Origin: Saprolegnia diclina VS20 | Lineage: Eukaryota | Reading direction: 5' to 3' | Assembly: GCF_000281045.1 (NCBI RefSeq) | Contig: NW_008246079.1 | Span: 285,815-305,814 of the forward strand | DNA: 20,000 nt | Shown: positions 19,892 through 20,000 of the stretch, piece after piece | Position numbering within the stretch: position 1 is the first letter of the stretch | Layout: each line of letters starts with the position of its first letter | Translations under genes and position numbers: made by a program | Notes under the pieces: generated by a model | What the model saw: the letters and a program-made list of their open reading frames with translations, nothing else | Database searches by the model: none | Told to the model about the DNA's origin: nothing

Positions 19892-20000
19892 GCTGCCAGC
19901 AAAGATTCGAATGCCAGTGCCATCGCCAACCAAAGAACTTCGAAAATGGATCTTCTGTCATCCGGTTACGGACCGGCAGTACCGGATACGAACAGATTCA

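Overview
Gene-dense, GC-rich eukaryotic DNA with very short GT-AG introns (mostly 39-59 nt). Gene content and style point to an oomycete, probably Saprolegniales (inference). Manual splicing gives nine genes: (1) 5' part of a CNG/KCNH-like cation channel (-); (2) a 22-exon, ~1000-aa secreted Cys-rich GCC2/GCC3 (ephrin-receptor-like) repeat protein (+); (3) a protein of six helicase-associated (HA) domains with a mitochondrial-presequence-like N-terminus (-); (4) an SSXT/SS18-GIF family protein with a long acidic Ser-Pro repeat tail (+); (5) an ankyrin-repeat protein (-); (6) an intronless secreted protein fusing PAN/apple domains to a PIG-L/LmbE-type de-N-acetylase (-); (7) a fatty-acid hydroxylase/sterol desaturase-family protein (+); (8,9) tandem type II membrane-anchored, Cys-rich purple-acid-phosphatase-like metallophosphoesterases (-). 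The best candidate for an undescribed system is the PAN-LmbE fusion. No tRNA, rRNA, CRISPR array or transposon could be supported. All domain calls come from motif recognition by eye; no database search was run.
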